Part shown: piece by piece, positions 1-12,169 of the stretch
Layout: each line of letters begins with the position of its first letter
Numbering within the stretch: position 1 is the first letter of the stretch
Source of the DNA: Felis catus
Lineage: Eukaryota
NCBI RefSeq assembly: GCF_018350175.1
Contig: NC_058368.1
Coordinates: 95,916,001-95,980,000, forward strand
DNA: 64,000 bases
Direction of reading: 5' to 3'
Translations under genes and position numbers: made by a program
Notes under the pieces: model-generated
Told to the model about the DNA's origin: nothing
The model's database searches: none
The model's input: only the letters and a program-made list of their open reading frames with translations

Positions 1-134
1 CATCTTTAAAATGTGTACAACAATCGCAATTACACTGTTTTCAGGAGAAATAAGTGAGATAATGTTTACAAAATGTTTATGTGGCTCTCCATAATTCAAG
101 GATAGTTGGTAAATTTTTCGTATGAGGGTTATTC

Positions 135-490
135 TACGCATGCAAGTTATCAATTTATTACCTCTCACATTCAAATCTACCTTCTTTCCCATGCTTCTGA
201 CACGGTTGCTGGACCCTTGTATACATTTCTTCTTTGCCATCTGGCTAAATGTTAGCTCTGTCAATTTAGGCCGTGGGAGGGATGCCACAAGGGTGGGATT
301 CCCTTTCTACTTCAGTGTGTCATTTTTGGTGTAGGAGCTGCTATAGGAAGGTAGTACCCACCTTCTGTGCCCTCATGGACCTGCTCGGGCCCATGTGGTC
401 TGTGAAAATCTATTTGCTCTAGACAAACTTCTTGTTCCCATGGCAGCCACACTTTCTCAAAGAGGCCTGAATGTCAGCCTTGGGCGCTTA
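135..490 (+). mobile_element. ERVL solo LTR (LTR41-like), 5' part
   Basis: 'aagttatcaatttattacctctcacattcaaat...ctttgccatctggctaaatgttagctctgtca...tttctcaaagaggcctgaatgtcagccttggg' resembles the recalled LTR41 consensus; the remainder appears at 2822-2970. Confidence 0.55.
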
Positions 491-734
491 GAATTGTTTG
501 TTCATTCATTTGTTTATTCATTCATTCATGTATTCATTTAGTCGTGTTACTGCTTGGATTCTTTATTTAGACTTTCATCACCTGTCTAGTTTTCTATAGT
601 ATATATGTCCTGTACATATGAGACATACTAACTGATCTCCCCCTACAATGAATTAAGTATGTCTCTTCAACTTTTACCATTTCTTTCTGGAGGCCTTTGG
701 GCAGGTCAGACTGCTTGGGCCTGACTCTTAATTG

Positions 735-2815
735 TTTTTTTGTTTTTCAGGTTTTTTTTAGGTTTTAGTTTCACAACAAAATTGATAGGAAGGTACAGAG
801 ATTTCCCATATAGCCTCTGCCATCCACCACCCGTAGTCTCCCTCACTATCAACATCAGTCACTGGGGCAGTACATTTGTTACACTTCATGAGTCTACACT
901 GCCACATCATAATCACCCAAAGTCCACAGCTGACATTAGAGTTCATCCTTGGTTTGCATTCTCTGGATTTGGATACATGTATAAGGGCATGTATCCATCA
1001 TTATAATATCATACGGAATATTTTCAGTGCCCTAAAGTCCTCTGTGCTCTGCCTATTCATCCCCTCCAACCCAGCAATCACTGATCTTTGAACTGTCTCT
1101 ATAGTTTTACATTTTCCAGAATGTTCTAGAGTTGTTATATGGAGCCATTTCAAACTGGCTTCTTTTACTTCATATGCCATAGCAATATGCATGTAAGATT
1201 CTTCCATGTGTTTTCATAGCTTGTTAGATCTTTTTTTTCCTTTTTTTTTTTTTTTTTTTTTTTTTAGTAGTGGCAAATATTCCATTGTCTGGATGTATAA
1301 CAGTTTATCCATTCACCTGCTGAAGGACACCTTGGTTGCTTCCAAGTGGTGGCAATTATGGAGAAAGCTGTCATATTTATGGAAAAAGCTGTCATATATA
1401 TATGTGTGTGTGTGAATGTGTGTGTGTGTGTGCGCGCGTGCACACACACACACACACACCCCAACTACATGCAGTTTTTTTTTCCTCAGAATGTAAGTTT
1501 TAAACCCCTTTGAGTAATGCCCATGGAACATGGTTATTGGATCATGTGGCAAGGTTGTGTGTTTCTCTGTAAGAGACCACCAAACTGCCTTCTAATGTGA
1601 CTGTAGCACTTTGCCCTCCCACCAGCAAAGAGAGTTCTTGTTGTTCCCTGTCATCTCCACATTTGGTATTGTCCCTGTTTCAGACTGTGGCCATTCTCCT
1701 AGGTACATAGGGGTAGCTCATCGTTGCGTTAATTTGCGTCTCCCTAATGACAAATGAGGTGAAGCCTCTTTTCATATGCTTATTTGCCATTAGTAGATCT
1801 TTTTTGGTGAGAAGTCTTACGAGATGTTTAGCTCCTATCTTAATTAGGGTGTTTCCTTATTGCTGAGTTTTCCTAGCTCTTTATTTTGGGCAACAATCCT
1901 TCACCAGACAGATCTTTTGCACATAGTTTCTCCCCGTCTGTGGCTTGTCGACTCGTTCTCTTAGTGTTGTCTTTCACACGGTGGAAGTTTTTGGTAACGT
2001 TAATGATGTTTAGCTTTTCAATGATTTCTTTTCTGGATTGTGTTTTCGGCCTTGTATGTAAGACCTCCTCACTAGACCCACGGATACTCAGTAATTCTTC
2101 TCCGCTATTATTTTTTCCAAGTGTTCTATATTTTTATGTTTTACTTCTAGGTCTATCATCCATGTGGAGTTCATTTTTGTGAAAGGTGAAGAATCTGAAC
2201 ATCCATGTTTTCAAATGTGGATGTCCAGTTATTCCACGACCATTTGTTTAAAAAGAGAGAATCTTTGCTTCATTGTATTTCCTTTGTTTCTGTGTCAAAG
2301 ATCTATTGTCTGTGTTTATGTGGGTCTGTATCCAGACTGTTCTGTCCCATTGAGCTATTTGTCTTTTTTCTTGCCCATAGCACACTGTCTTGATGACTCT
2401 CACTTTATAGTAAGTCTTAAATTTGTATAGTTATCAGCCCTCCAACTTTGTGCTTCTCTCTCCTTCAGTATTGTGTTGGCTATTCTGAATCTTTGGTTTT
2501 TCTGTATAACTTTAAAATCCTTATGTTAATATCCACAAAATAGCTCGATGGAATTTTGATTGGTGGCGTAGAATCTGTAGATCATGTTGCCAAGGACTGA
2601 CGTCCTGACAAAGCTGTGTCTTCCTATCCATGAACATGGACTCTTTCTCCACTTAGTTGTTTGTTCTCTATTTCACTCGTTGAATTTTTTGGTTTCTTCA
2701 TATAGATCTTATACATATTTTGTTAGATTTATACCTAAGTGTTCCAATTTTGGGGGTGCTAATGTAAATGGTATTGTCTATTTACAAATTCTGCTTGTTC
2801 ATTGCAAGTGTATCT
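735..2815 (-). mobile_element. LINE-1 3' fragment (L1MC1/2-like), 3'UTR plus decayed ORF2 C-terminus
   Basis: T-rich tail then 'ttttaggttttagtttcacaacaaaattgataggaaggtacagagatttcccatata', continuing as antisense ORF2-type sequence (e.g. 'tcttcctatccatgaacatgga','tttgttagatttatacctaagt'). Confidence 0.85.
1403..1459. repeat. Compound microsatellite (TG)n-(CG)3-(CA)n
   Basis: Directly visible. Confidence 0.95.
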
Positions 2816-2821
2816 TCTAAC

Positions 2822-2970
2822 CTTTGCTTTAGCCATTTCTGTACCCTGTAGAATCTTCTTTTACTCACTTTAGTAGTTAACCACATTTTAGCTGGTTAAC
2901 ACTTCTTTATATCACATTTCTTGTTCAAATGACTCATGAGGTTGCTGTCTCTCATTTGGACCCTAACCAT
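2822..2970 (+). mobile_element. ERVL solo LTR (LTR41-like), 3' part
   Basis: 'ttctgtaccctgtagaatcttcttttactcactttagtagttaacc...cttgttcaaatgactcatgaggttgctgtctctcatttggaccctaac' resembles the LTR41 3' end. Confidence 0.55.
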
Positions 2971-2979
2971 TTTTACTTT

Positions 2980-3453
2980 TGTGCAGATTATCATCCACTT
3001 ACCCTTCTGGGTTCACTCTCCATTTCTCTCTGTCCTTCTTGGTGCCACAGGAGGCTAGCTGTATCAGTGAACTTCTTTGTCCTGCCTTAGTCGACAGGAA
3101 ACCCTAATAAGAGGCCAGAAGGAAGGAAGAAAGTGAGGAGGTTATTCTCCCAGCTCCCTCCCTGAACAGTTGCTGTGGTTTTGCTGTGCTACTTGATAAA
3201 TGGTTTTACCTCCTAATGAAGGGCCTTCTCCATGCAGTCCCCTGTCTCCATTTTCTGACAACACTTTCTCCCCTTCCCCTTGTAAGCTGAGGGAGGTAAC
3301 TTAGGCCTTCTCTTTCTAACTATCGAGTACTTCACTGATACTAAGATATTCCATCTTGACAACAGCTTTATAAAGTACCTCTTCATTAAACATTTTTAAA
3401 TTATTCTAACTTAATTGCACCCTCTTTTTTTCTGCAGATATCTTATCAAAACA
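2980..3453 (+). mobile_element. ERVL solo LTR (LTR33-like)
   Basis: 'ttattctcccagctccctccctg','ctccccttccccttgtaagctgagggaggtaac','cagctttataaagtacctcttcattaaac' match recalled LTR33 blocks. Confidence 0.6.
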
Positions 3454-3778
3454 ATGATTCAAAACCCTGTGCTCTGTACCTTAACTGACACTGCCTCGTT
3501 GGCAGCCAAACATCATGCTATGTGCACAAGTTTTGCAGCTGAATATTTACAATTTCATGTTTTGGATTTGGGATTTGCTTATTGTTAAAATGTCTTGCAG
3601 AGAGCAAAGTCAGCTTTGATAATTGGTCCAACGTATTTTAAAAATAGAATAAAGTTTGTAAGGAAATGGAATTCTGTCTTCTACCTCTATCTCTCAAGTA
3701 TTCATTTTTTTCCCCTGGCAGTAAACACTAACAATTTTTTTTGTATTCATTTCCAAAAATGACTCCTTCATTTACAAA

Positions 3779-3781
3779 GAT

Positions 3782-3823
<42 letters not shown>

Positions 3824-3825
3824 GA
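3779..3825. repeat. (GATA)n tetranucleotide microsatellite
   Basis: About 10 perfect TAGA/GATA units. Confidence 0.95.
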
Positions 3826-4225
3826 TGATAGGTGTGGACAAAATCATTACACATATGAGAAGACAATATATGCAAGATGATTTCACTTGAAAACCCTTGC
3901 AGCTTTTTTGGTATCTGTCTCAGTGTAAAGTAGCTTTTTAGTATTCTACTCTGGAAATATGCCATAAATTTTTAGCCAGTTATCTGATGATGGACACTTA
4001 GCTTGTTTCCAGTGTTTTACTACATAACAAAACAAAACTGTTATAACGTGCCACAATGAACACATTTATGTATCATGGGTGTGTATGTGTATTCAAGCGC
4101 AAAAACGTATTTTAAAATTAAACCTAAAAGGTAGAATATATACACTTAAAATTATGATATTGCCAAATTCCTCTCCATTGAAATTGCATATTAAATTAAA
4201 TTCTCATCAATAATAGATGTTTCCA

Positions 4226-4447
4226 GAGGCGCCTGGGTGGCTCAGTCGGTTGAGTATCTGACTTTGGCTCAGGTCAGGATCTTGCAGTTTGTGAGTTCGA
4301 GTCCCACGTCGGGCTCTGTGCTGACAGCTCAGAGCCAGAGCCGGGAGCCGGCTTCAGATTCTGTGTCTCCCTCTCTCTGCCCCTTCCCCGCTTATTCTCT
4401 GTCTCTGTCTCTCAAAAATGAATAAACGTTAAAAAAATTAAAAAAAA
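4226..4447 (+). mobile_element. Can-SINE (tRNA-derived, felid type)
   Basis: A box 'tggctcagtcgg', B box 'gagttcgagtc', CT tract, A tail; TSD aataatagatgt(t/g)tcca. Confidence 0.95.
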
Positions 4448-4706
4448 ATAATAGATGTGTCCATTTTCCAATACAATCTTACCGGTAAACACATAATGTA
4501 ATTTTAAATTCATTTCCATTATGATGTGTATGAGTGACATCATATACCTTTTCTTACATTTCATAATTATTAACGTTTTAAGTAAAACTCTGTTCAGTGT
4601 CCTTTATCCATTTTTGTGCACTGCTTATTATTTTTTGGATGTATTATTTTCATGTAGCTTTTTATATATTAAGCTTTATCTAATATCCAATGATAATATG
4701 TATGTT

Positions 4707-4825
4707 ATTTTGTTTTTGTTTTTGTTTTGTTTTTTAAGTAAGCTCTATACTCAACATGGGGTATGAGCTCTATACCCCAAGATTGAGGGCGGCATGTTCT
4801 ACTGACTAAGGCAGCCAGGCGTCCC
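4707..4825 (-). mobile_element. Short old Can-SINE (tRNA-like head plus tail)
   Basis: 'ttttaagtaagctctatactcaacatgggg...cagccaggcgtccc' is the antisense of a short SINEC head. Confidence 0.8.
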
Positions 4826-5786
4826 TGTATGATAATTTTTTTTTCTCAGTTTTACTGGTTTTCTTTTGATACATTTTATGGTTTTATTTTGCCGCTCAGG
4901 TATTTTTTAGTTTTACATGATCAAATTGATTAAACTTTCATGCCATTTGGGTTTTATATCATACTTAGAAAATCATCCATTCTCCAAAATATTTCTAATT
5001 TTCTTTATTTTGGGTCCACATACAATTTTTGCATGCATTTATATTTGTCATTCATTCTGGATTTATTTCAGCATAAGGGGTAAAAGAGTGAGTAGTTCAA
5101 TATATTCATTTTCCAAAGTCACCATTAACCATGCAGCTACTAAAAAAAAAAACAAAAAACAAACATTTACCAAACAATTATTTTTCACCATTTCCTGGAA
5201 AAATTGCTCTCAAACATATATTAAATTCACATACATATGTATTAACATATAAATGCATCTATATAACCTCTTCTGTACTCTTTGTTCTCTTTTAATCTAT
5301 TCATACTTTATTTACTATTGCTTTATAATATGTTTTAAAATCCAATAAAGTACTTTTTTGTTTTACATCTTTAACTTTCCATGCGAATTTAGGTTTCATT
5401 TTTCTGGATCTAATATCAAAGCCCTGTTGGCATTTTTATTGTCACTTTATTATTTGAAATTTAGTGCAAAATATGCATATAAACGTTCCTCCAAGAATGG
5501 CATGTAGAATGGTTTATCCTTTAGGATATATCTGTTATTTTCTTACCCCATCATCATAAAGCAGGTTATGTGTGTGTTAAACACATTATAAGACAATTGT
5601 ATTCCTGTTCTTGGCCCTTCTGATTTACCTTGAACCTTATCTTTCCTTCACTGTCAGCAGATGACCTGTTCTCTGTTTCACAGAGTAAATAAAATCCAAC
5701 ACAGTTTCAATCATCTACTGCAACATTCTTGCTTGCCTCTGTATCAAAGCATTCTCCCTCTCTTGCATAAAAAATAGAAGTGGTTT

Positions 5787-6007
5787 GGGGCACCTAGGTG
5801 GGTCACTTGGTTCAGCATCTGACTTTGGCTCAGGTCATGATCTTGTGGTTCGTGGGTTCAAGCCCCACGTTGGGCTCTGTGCTGACAGCTGAAAGCCCGG
5901 AGCCTGCTTCGGATTCTCTGTCTCCCTCTCTCTCACTGCCACTCCCCCACCCCTGCTCTGTCTCACTCTCTCTAAAAAAATAAACATTAAGCACATGTTT
6001 TAATAAC
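5787..6007 (+). mobile_element. Can-SINE
   Basis: ggggcacct head, B box ggttcaagccc, CT tract; TSD aaaaatagaa(g/a)tggt. Confidence 0.95.
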
Positions 6008-6057
6008 AAAAATAGAAATGGTCTTGTTTTCTGAGATATGCATTATTGGGTAGTCAA

Positions 6058-6271
6058 TTTTTTTTTTCAACGTTTATTTTTTTTGGGGGACAGAGAGAGA
6101 CAGAGCATGAACGGGGGAGGGGCAGAGAGAGAGGGAGACACAGAATCGGAAACAGGCTCCAGGCTCCGAGCCATCAGCCCAGAGCCTGACGCGGGGCTCG
6201 AACTCACGGACCGCGAGATCGTGACCTGGCTGAAGTCGGACGCTTAACCGACTGCGCCACCCAGGCGCCCC
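6058..6271 (-). mobile_element. Young felid SINE (SINEC_Fc-like)
   Basis: CpG-rich, near-consensus body; perfect 17-bp TSD cattattgggtagtcaa (6041-6057 / 6273-6289). Confidence 0.97.
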
Positions 6272-6349
6272 ACATTATTGGGTAGTCAAATACATCTCCT
6301 CCTACTCTTTACAGTGACCTATTGCTATTTGTATCTAAATATTTCCTCT

Positions 6350-6830
6350 AAATATTTTCAGATCTATCCACTTATTTCCACCTATACCACCACAATTACT
6401 GTCCAGGATGTCACCATTCTTTTTCTGGATAATTGGAACAACTTCTAGCTGATCTGTGTATCTTTACTGGTGCCATTTTCTCCTACTGCCCCCCCAATCC
6501 TTTCACCAATTTTCATTCACAGTGGTCTTGTTCAACTTCACACTGGGTTGTTAAACTGTCATGCTAAAAATCCCTCGTTAGGTTCCCACTGGAGATGAAG
6601 ACTGACTCTTGACCCTGATTCACAGGAAGGAGCCTACGCATTCTGTCTTGTCTCCTTTTCAGCCTGATCATACTCTAGTTCTTGTGACGCTTTGTGGGCT
6701 CCCAAGGTAGCCAGCTCTGTGTTTTGAGACTTGAATCCACCATGTTCTCTATCAGTGCAGAAGTTTTGCTCTTTTCTGTGTGTCTAGAACTTTCACAGGA
6801 AAGATCTCTTAACTCGGGTCTAGTTCACTA
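6350..6830 (+). mobile_element. L2 fragment
   Basis: 'atccacttatttccacctataccaccac...gtccaggatgtcaccattcttttctggataattggaacaacttctagctgatct' is L2-like. Confidence 0.55.
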
Positions 6831-6846
6831 TTGATCTGAGTTATTA

Positions 6847-7075
6847 GAGGCAGTAGAGCATAGTGATTAAAAGTATAATGTGTAGAATCAGTGTTCCAGG
6901 ATCTGAATCCTGGCTCGACTGCTTACATAATAACTATGTGATTTTAGGCAATTTCTTTACTACTCTGAGTCTTACTTTCTGACATAAAGGAGATTACCGA
7001 CAGGATCTACTTTACAGAGCTGTAATAATTAAGAGGTATATTAAACAGGAAGCACTTAAGGACATTGTCTGGCTC
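6847..7075 (+). mobile_element. MIR SINE
   Basis: 'gaggcagtagagcatagtgattaa...tctgaatcctggctcgactgcttac...tgtgattttaggcaattt...ctctgagtctta' MIR core. Confidence 0.8.
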
Positions 7076-7619
7076 TGAACAACTAGTCCCTCCTATTACC
7101 TTGTCCTCCTGTATCCAGTCTTCCCATCTCTCTTCAGGCCATTCTCCACAAAACAGTGACCTCCTCAATGCAAAAATATGCCTGAACGTCATCAGGACCT
7201 GTTCAATATCTATATGATAAACAGCAAATCCATCCTTTACTGATTCAACACATACTTATTATTAAGAGGCTTTCTATAATCAAGTGACCACGTGGGATGT
7301 TTCTGACATTGGGGGTAGACCCAGCACAGGCAATACACTGCCTTCAAGATTTTACATACTCACAGGGGAGGCAGACACGCTATTTGTGTCTAACTCTCTT
7401 GAGTTCTAAAGAAAGTTTTCAGGGTACTGTGAAACAGTGATTCCCTAGATCATGAACCTTCACAGTTTCAAGGCCCAGGAATAGTTTCCTTAGGCTTTAG
7501 CTGAGCCTGATGATGTGAATGGAGATGAACATAGAGGACACTGGTGAGTTGAGTAAAAGTAGATGTAGCTTACAGGGCTTCAGTTATGGCTTATGAATCC
7601 TTTGATGTGGTTTACGAAT

Positions 7620-8102
7620 CCTTTCATGATTTTGCTCCAGCTCTTCTGTTGTTACTGCCCTTTGAAAAGCTCTGCTTAGCTCATTAAAATTACCTATATT
7701 TCTCCAAAGAAACTGTGTTCTTAGTACTCAAGGCCTTTGCATAAGTTATTCCCTCCCATCCATTGTCCCACTGGTTTTTGCATCGTCTTCCTCAGATTAC
7801 TCTCCTTTTCTTTGGGTCTCAGCTTGGATATTCCTTCTTCTGGCAATGGTTTCCAGATCTCTGAAAGTTGTATTTTTTTTTCACTGTAGAGGTAGTGTTT
7901 TAAAACTAGTTTTGTGTGTGTGTGTTTTGTGTGTGTTTTGTAAATAGTAAGTATCCTTTTATAAATAGCTGTGTACTGTAATTGTCTCCTTTGTTTGTAA
8001 AGCTTCATGTAGACAAGGGCCATATTCTGTTCTGTTTTGTTCCTTTAGTTCTGACCATAGCGTCTGGTACATTGTAGATGACTAATCAACATTTGTTGGA
8101 TG
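7620..8102 (+). mobile_element. L2 3' fragment
   Basis: Ends 'catagcgtctggtacattgtagatgactaatcaacatttgttggatg', typical of the L2 3' terminus. Confidence 0.6.
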
Positions 8103-8469
8103 CTTATATGAACTTTAAATATAAAAAAAAATGCAAGTTGTGCATATAAATCAGCATATGATGTTTCCTTACACATTGTTGAATGATGGAGTGTGTGCCC
8201 AGAATTTAGGAAAGATGATGCCATCTCTTCTCCATCTAAACAATAGATTTCCCTCTTCTGAGCACAAAATCAGGAAAAATGTATGGTAGAGAAATGGCTT
8301 TGGAAGGTGAACCATCACTTTGAATAAACACCCTTTCTCAAAAGAATCCATTACTCTTAGAAATATTGGAGTCATTCGGTTTTCTTTCCATATCACAGGC
8401 GAGTGTGCGTATTCTCACATTTGAAACCAGGCATTGATGTGGTTCTACCAAGATTGAGAGGAACAGTCA

Positions 8470-8975
8470 AAACCTCTGTCCACGCAAAGACCAAACCAAA
8501 CCAAAAATGTTCATAGATATTTATTATTCATGATTGCAAAAAAAAAAAAGCTGGTAGCAATGCAAATACCCATCAGCTGGTGAAGTGGCAAGCAAATGCA
8601 TCATATTTATACAATGGAATGCTATTTAGCAATAGTAATGAACAGATTGCAGACATGCTATGACAGAGATAGGTCTCAAAAACATTATACGATAGTGAAA
8701 GAAACCAGACACACAAAACTAGGTATTGGATGATTCCATTCATATGAAATTTCTAAAAAGGGCAAATCTCTAAGAGACAGAAAGCAATGTTTGCCCAGGA
8801 TTGGGGGTGTGAGCTAGGGTTGACTGCAAATGGCCAGCAGTGAATCTTTCAGGGTGATGGAAATGTTCTACTATTACGATGATGGTTACATAACTGCATA
8901 AATCTACGAAAAGTCATTGAAAATATAAATGTCAATGGGTGACTTTTATAGCATATAAATTACACCTCAATAAAA
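8470..8975 (+). mobile_element. LINE-1 3'UTR (old L1MB/L1ME1-like)
   Basis: 'gatgattccattcatatgaaatttctaaaaagggcaaatct...gggtgatggaaatgttcta...ataaattacacctcaataaaa'. Confidence 0.8.
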
Positions 8976-9344
8976 TTCTTTACAAAGAGATCGAAACAAA
9001 CACATCCTAGTGCATTTTTGATTGGAGTATAAATTCATATGGAGTTTTGGAGGAAATTTTGGTAACATATACCAAAGGCCTAAACAGCACGTTCTCTTTG
9101 ACACATCAATTGCGCTTCTGAAGTTTTGTCCTAAGGAAACCATTAACAGACGACGGATGTACACAAAAGTTTGGTCAAAATAATTCATTTCAGCATGGAT
9201 GTTTTTTTCTTGTTTAAAAAAAAAAGTTCTTGTCATGATCTTAAATTTTCTATTGTGGTTTGGATATAATTAGTGCTTTAATCAAAGAGACAAATTCTGG
9301 CTTTAGGACGGTTATCAACAGTATAGGAAATTAGAATTAATCTA

Positions 9345-9912
9345 ATTGTTCCACAGGAATAAAGGAAGAGCTTGTGACCTCTCCCCATTACAATGATCTC
9401 CTCTTGATTTAAATAATAAAACTCCCTTTCTTCCTTCACTCACACCACCAGCTTTTGCTGACTCAATGGCCCACAGAGGAGAAACTTCTTTTCCTAGCGA
9501 ACGCCACAGCTGAATGTGGCCATCAGATGAAATGTGGTTCATATGTCGCTGTGTGTACTGAAACACCATGGTATGTGAATAAAATTGATGTGCTCAGTTC
9601 CTAGGTCATGCCCCTGAAAATAAAACACCATGCACTCCACTTCTTTCCTTTTCCATCCTTGGAATTAAGAGTGGAGATGTGGTATTGTTGAGACAGTCGA
9701 TATGTGGATAAGGGCAATATACTGTAGGTTATGACAGAGTAACAAGATAGAAGGAGCCTGGGCCCTGAATGACCTCATGAAGCAGAGTCATCCTTCCAGA
9801 CTGAGCTGGCCATACTGCTAACATAAAAGAGAAATATACTTAGATCGTATTTGAGCTGCTATCGTCTTTGTTCTCATTGTTATAGCAGCTTAAAGGAACA
9901 TCTTCTAATACA
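9345..9912. mobile_element. MaLR solo LTR (MLT1I/J-like)
   Basis: 'acaagatagaaggagcctgggccctgaatgac','ttgttatagcagc', terminal 'ctaataca'. Confidence 0.65.
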
Positions 9913-10119
9913 GGAGAAGTCAGACAAAAATGATAAATAATACAATTAAGATTTAACCATCAATTACATATTAAGAGTTGACTAAGGATTTTGAACATGG
10001 AGAATGATATATGCTACATTTTCAGCTGAAAGAAAAAGTATTATTCCACTATTCCAGTGTTAGGTATTATGTATAATATATACACTCTTTCTAGAAAAAC
10101 TCTACTCTTAGAAATATTA

Positions 10120-10314
10120 GGGACGCCTGGGTGGCTCAGTCGGTTGAGTGTCCAACTTCAGGTCAGGTCATGATCTCATGGTCCCTGAGTTTGAGCCTCA
10201 CATCAGGTTCTGTGCTGACAGTTCAGAGCTCAGAGCCAGGAGTCTACTTTGGATTCTCTGTCTCTCTCTTTCTCTCCTCCTCCCCAGCACATATTCTCCC
10301 TCCTTTCCTCCCTG

Positions 10315-10351
<37 letters not shown>

Positions 10352-10490
10352 AATAAATAAACTAAAAAATAAAACGAAGGGCTCCTGGGTGACTCAATTG
10401 GTCATCCAACTCTTGATCTCAGCTCAGGTCTTGGTATTAGGGTCGTCAATTCAAGCCCTGCATTGGACTCTGCACTTTAAAAAAAAAATA
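10120..10490 (+). mobile_element. Can-SINE (10120-10375) followed by a short second SINE head (10378-10490)
   Basis: Two heads ('gggacgcctgggtggctcag' and 'gggctcctgggtgactcaattgg'), long CT tract, A tails. Confidence 0.9.
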
Positions 10491-12169
10491 CTGGAATTAC
10501 TGTTTTTTTCATATCACGTGTGTGTGTGTGTATGTATGTATGGTTTTCTTTATATATATTCACGTGCGTCTGTGTATGTATATGAAAGAGTAGATACAAA
10601 CAGAGTAGATGGATATGTGGATTCATCCCAGCAATTGACACATCAAATTACAACAGCATTGAAACTGACGAAGTATGGAGACAGTTTGCCTAGTGAAGCT
10701 ATTTGAAATTTCTAATATAAAAATGTATCATGTACAGGATGATTAAGTGATACAAATATACTTATTTCTGCCTCACATAGCATTCTCCAGTGTGACAGTA
10801 TGACATTTTGCATTCCCATGAGACACTTTATCTTTGAGAACTCATTAATTTAGGGGACCCCCAACTCCCACTGCTGTGTATATCCCCTTCACACATGTAT
10901 TTCTCCAAACCCAACGATTCTTCTGAGTCTGAAACCTAGGGACGTACGTACAAAATTGAGGCAAGTATGTTTTTCTGCTCACAAGAAACTGAAGTAAACT
11001 TAGCTCCAAGAAGTTTGTGTGGTGCCTGGGACCAATAACTCAGTGCCATGAGGTAGATCCTAGATTGGTGTTACGTAGAACATTGACAGTGATCTCAATA
11101 TGAAGTGCACTGCTTTAGAAGATGGCAGATAGCCTCTTATAGGCTAATCAAGCACTGCAGTAGTGAAGAGTATGTAGAGAAAATAAAATGTATATTTTGG
11201 CCTAAATGACCATCCACACTCCTCATTACTTCCAAGGTCCCAACTTTGTCGCCATCCATGTTCACACAGTGCCACATCTTGAGTGTTTGCTTCAAAAAAC
11301 CACCTGTCTGAAATAATGTCCTTCATTTGTGACGATGCTGTTGCATAGGAAGCTTCAAAATCTAAGCTAGCTAGATATAGCCGGGTCCTCCTAATTAGAG
11401 TTTTAGCTACATTTACTGGAAATTCACTGCTGTGGTATGCCATTGTTGGATTTTACTTTATTTTGTCATCTCAGAGCCTCGAAGACTGACTGTGGGGGGA
11501 GATTTTTGCAAAAAAACACAGGCATTCTCTAAAGAAAAATGAATGAGATATTTTTCAGCGTCTGGAAAGTTGACACTTAATTTCTAGCTTTATGAGGTTG
11601 GTTGCCATTCATAAGTTTGCTTACAATTTGATATATGGTACTAAAAAACAATTTTTACGTGTCGGTGTAACGTAAGACACAAAGAATGTCCGCTAGAAAA
11701 ATATGGAGGGAAATCTTTGAGAATTTTGAGATGGAAACAGCTGCTTTGCCATTTCCACTAAAATGAGAAAGATGCTTCAATGAAGTCATAGAGCACACAG
11801 GACTTTTTTGGCCTATTAAAGATGAAAATCAAGACACTGAGTTTTAACACCTACTCTTCTGATCTTCCAGTCTGGTAATTTGGCCATGAGAAAATGAATG
11901 TGCCTTTGAAGAGTTCAGGAAGGCCAGGTAGAAGTGCAGGTTGTAATTCAGAAATCCCATAGCTGAGAAAGCCCAAAAGTCAGGAAGGGCATATTTATTG
12001 CCAAAGTGAAGACACCATATGGCCTAAATTAGCCTGAGAGCATACTCATAGAGTGAAAATGCTAAGCATTTAGGTGTCTTCAGATCTAATTCATCTCCTT
12101 AAATGGAAAAACTGCCTGGATAGAAAAAAATGCCCAGCAGCGGAGGCAGTGGTAGAATTGATTGGGGTA

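Noticed and set aside
4226..4310. tRNA genes (A/B boxes)
   Set aside because: All such boxes are heads of tRNA-derived Can-SINEs followed by CT tracts, A tails and TSDs.
10131..10706. 191-aa ORF and the many 'MAQSVK...AQVMIS...' ORFs
   Set aside because: They are translations of Can-SINE bodies and CT/TG tracts, not genes.
11049..11075. let-7-like start 'tgaggtag'
   Set aside because: Only 8 nt match, and no complementary precursor arm is visible.
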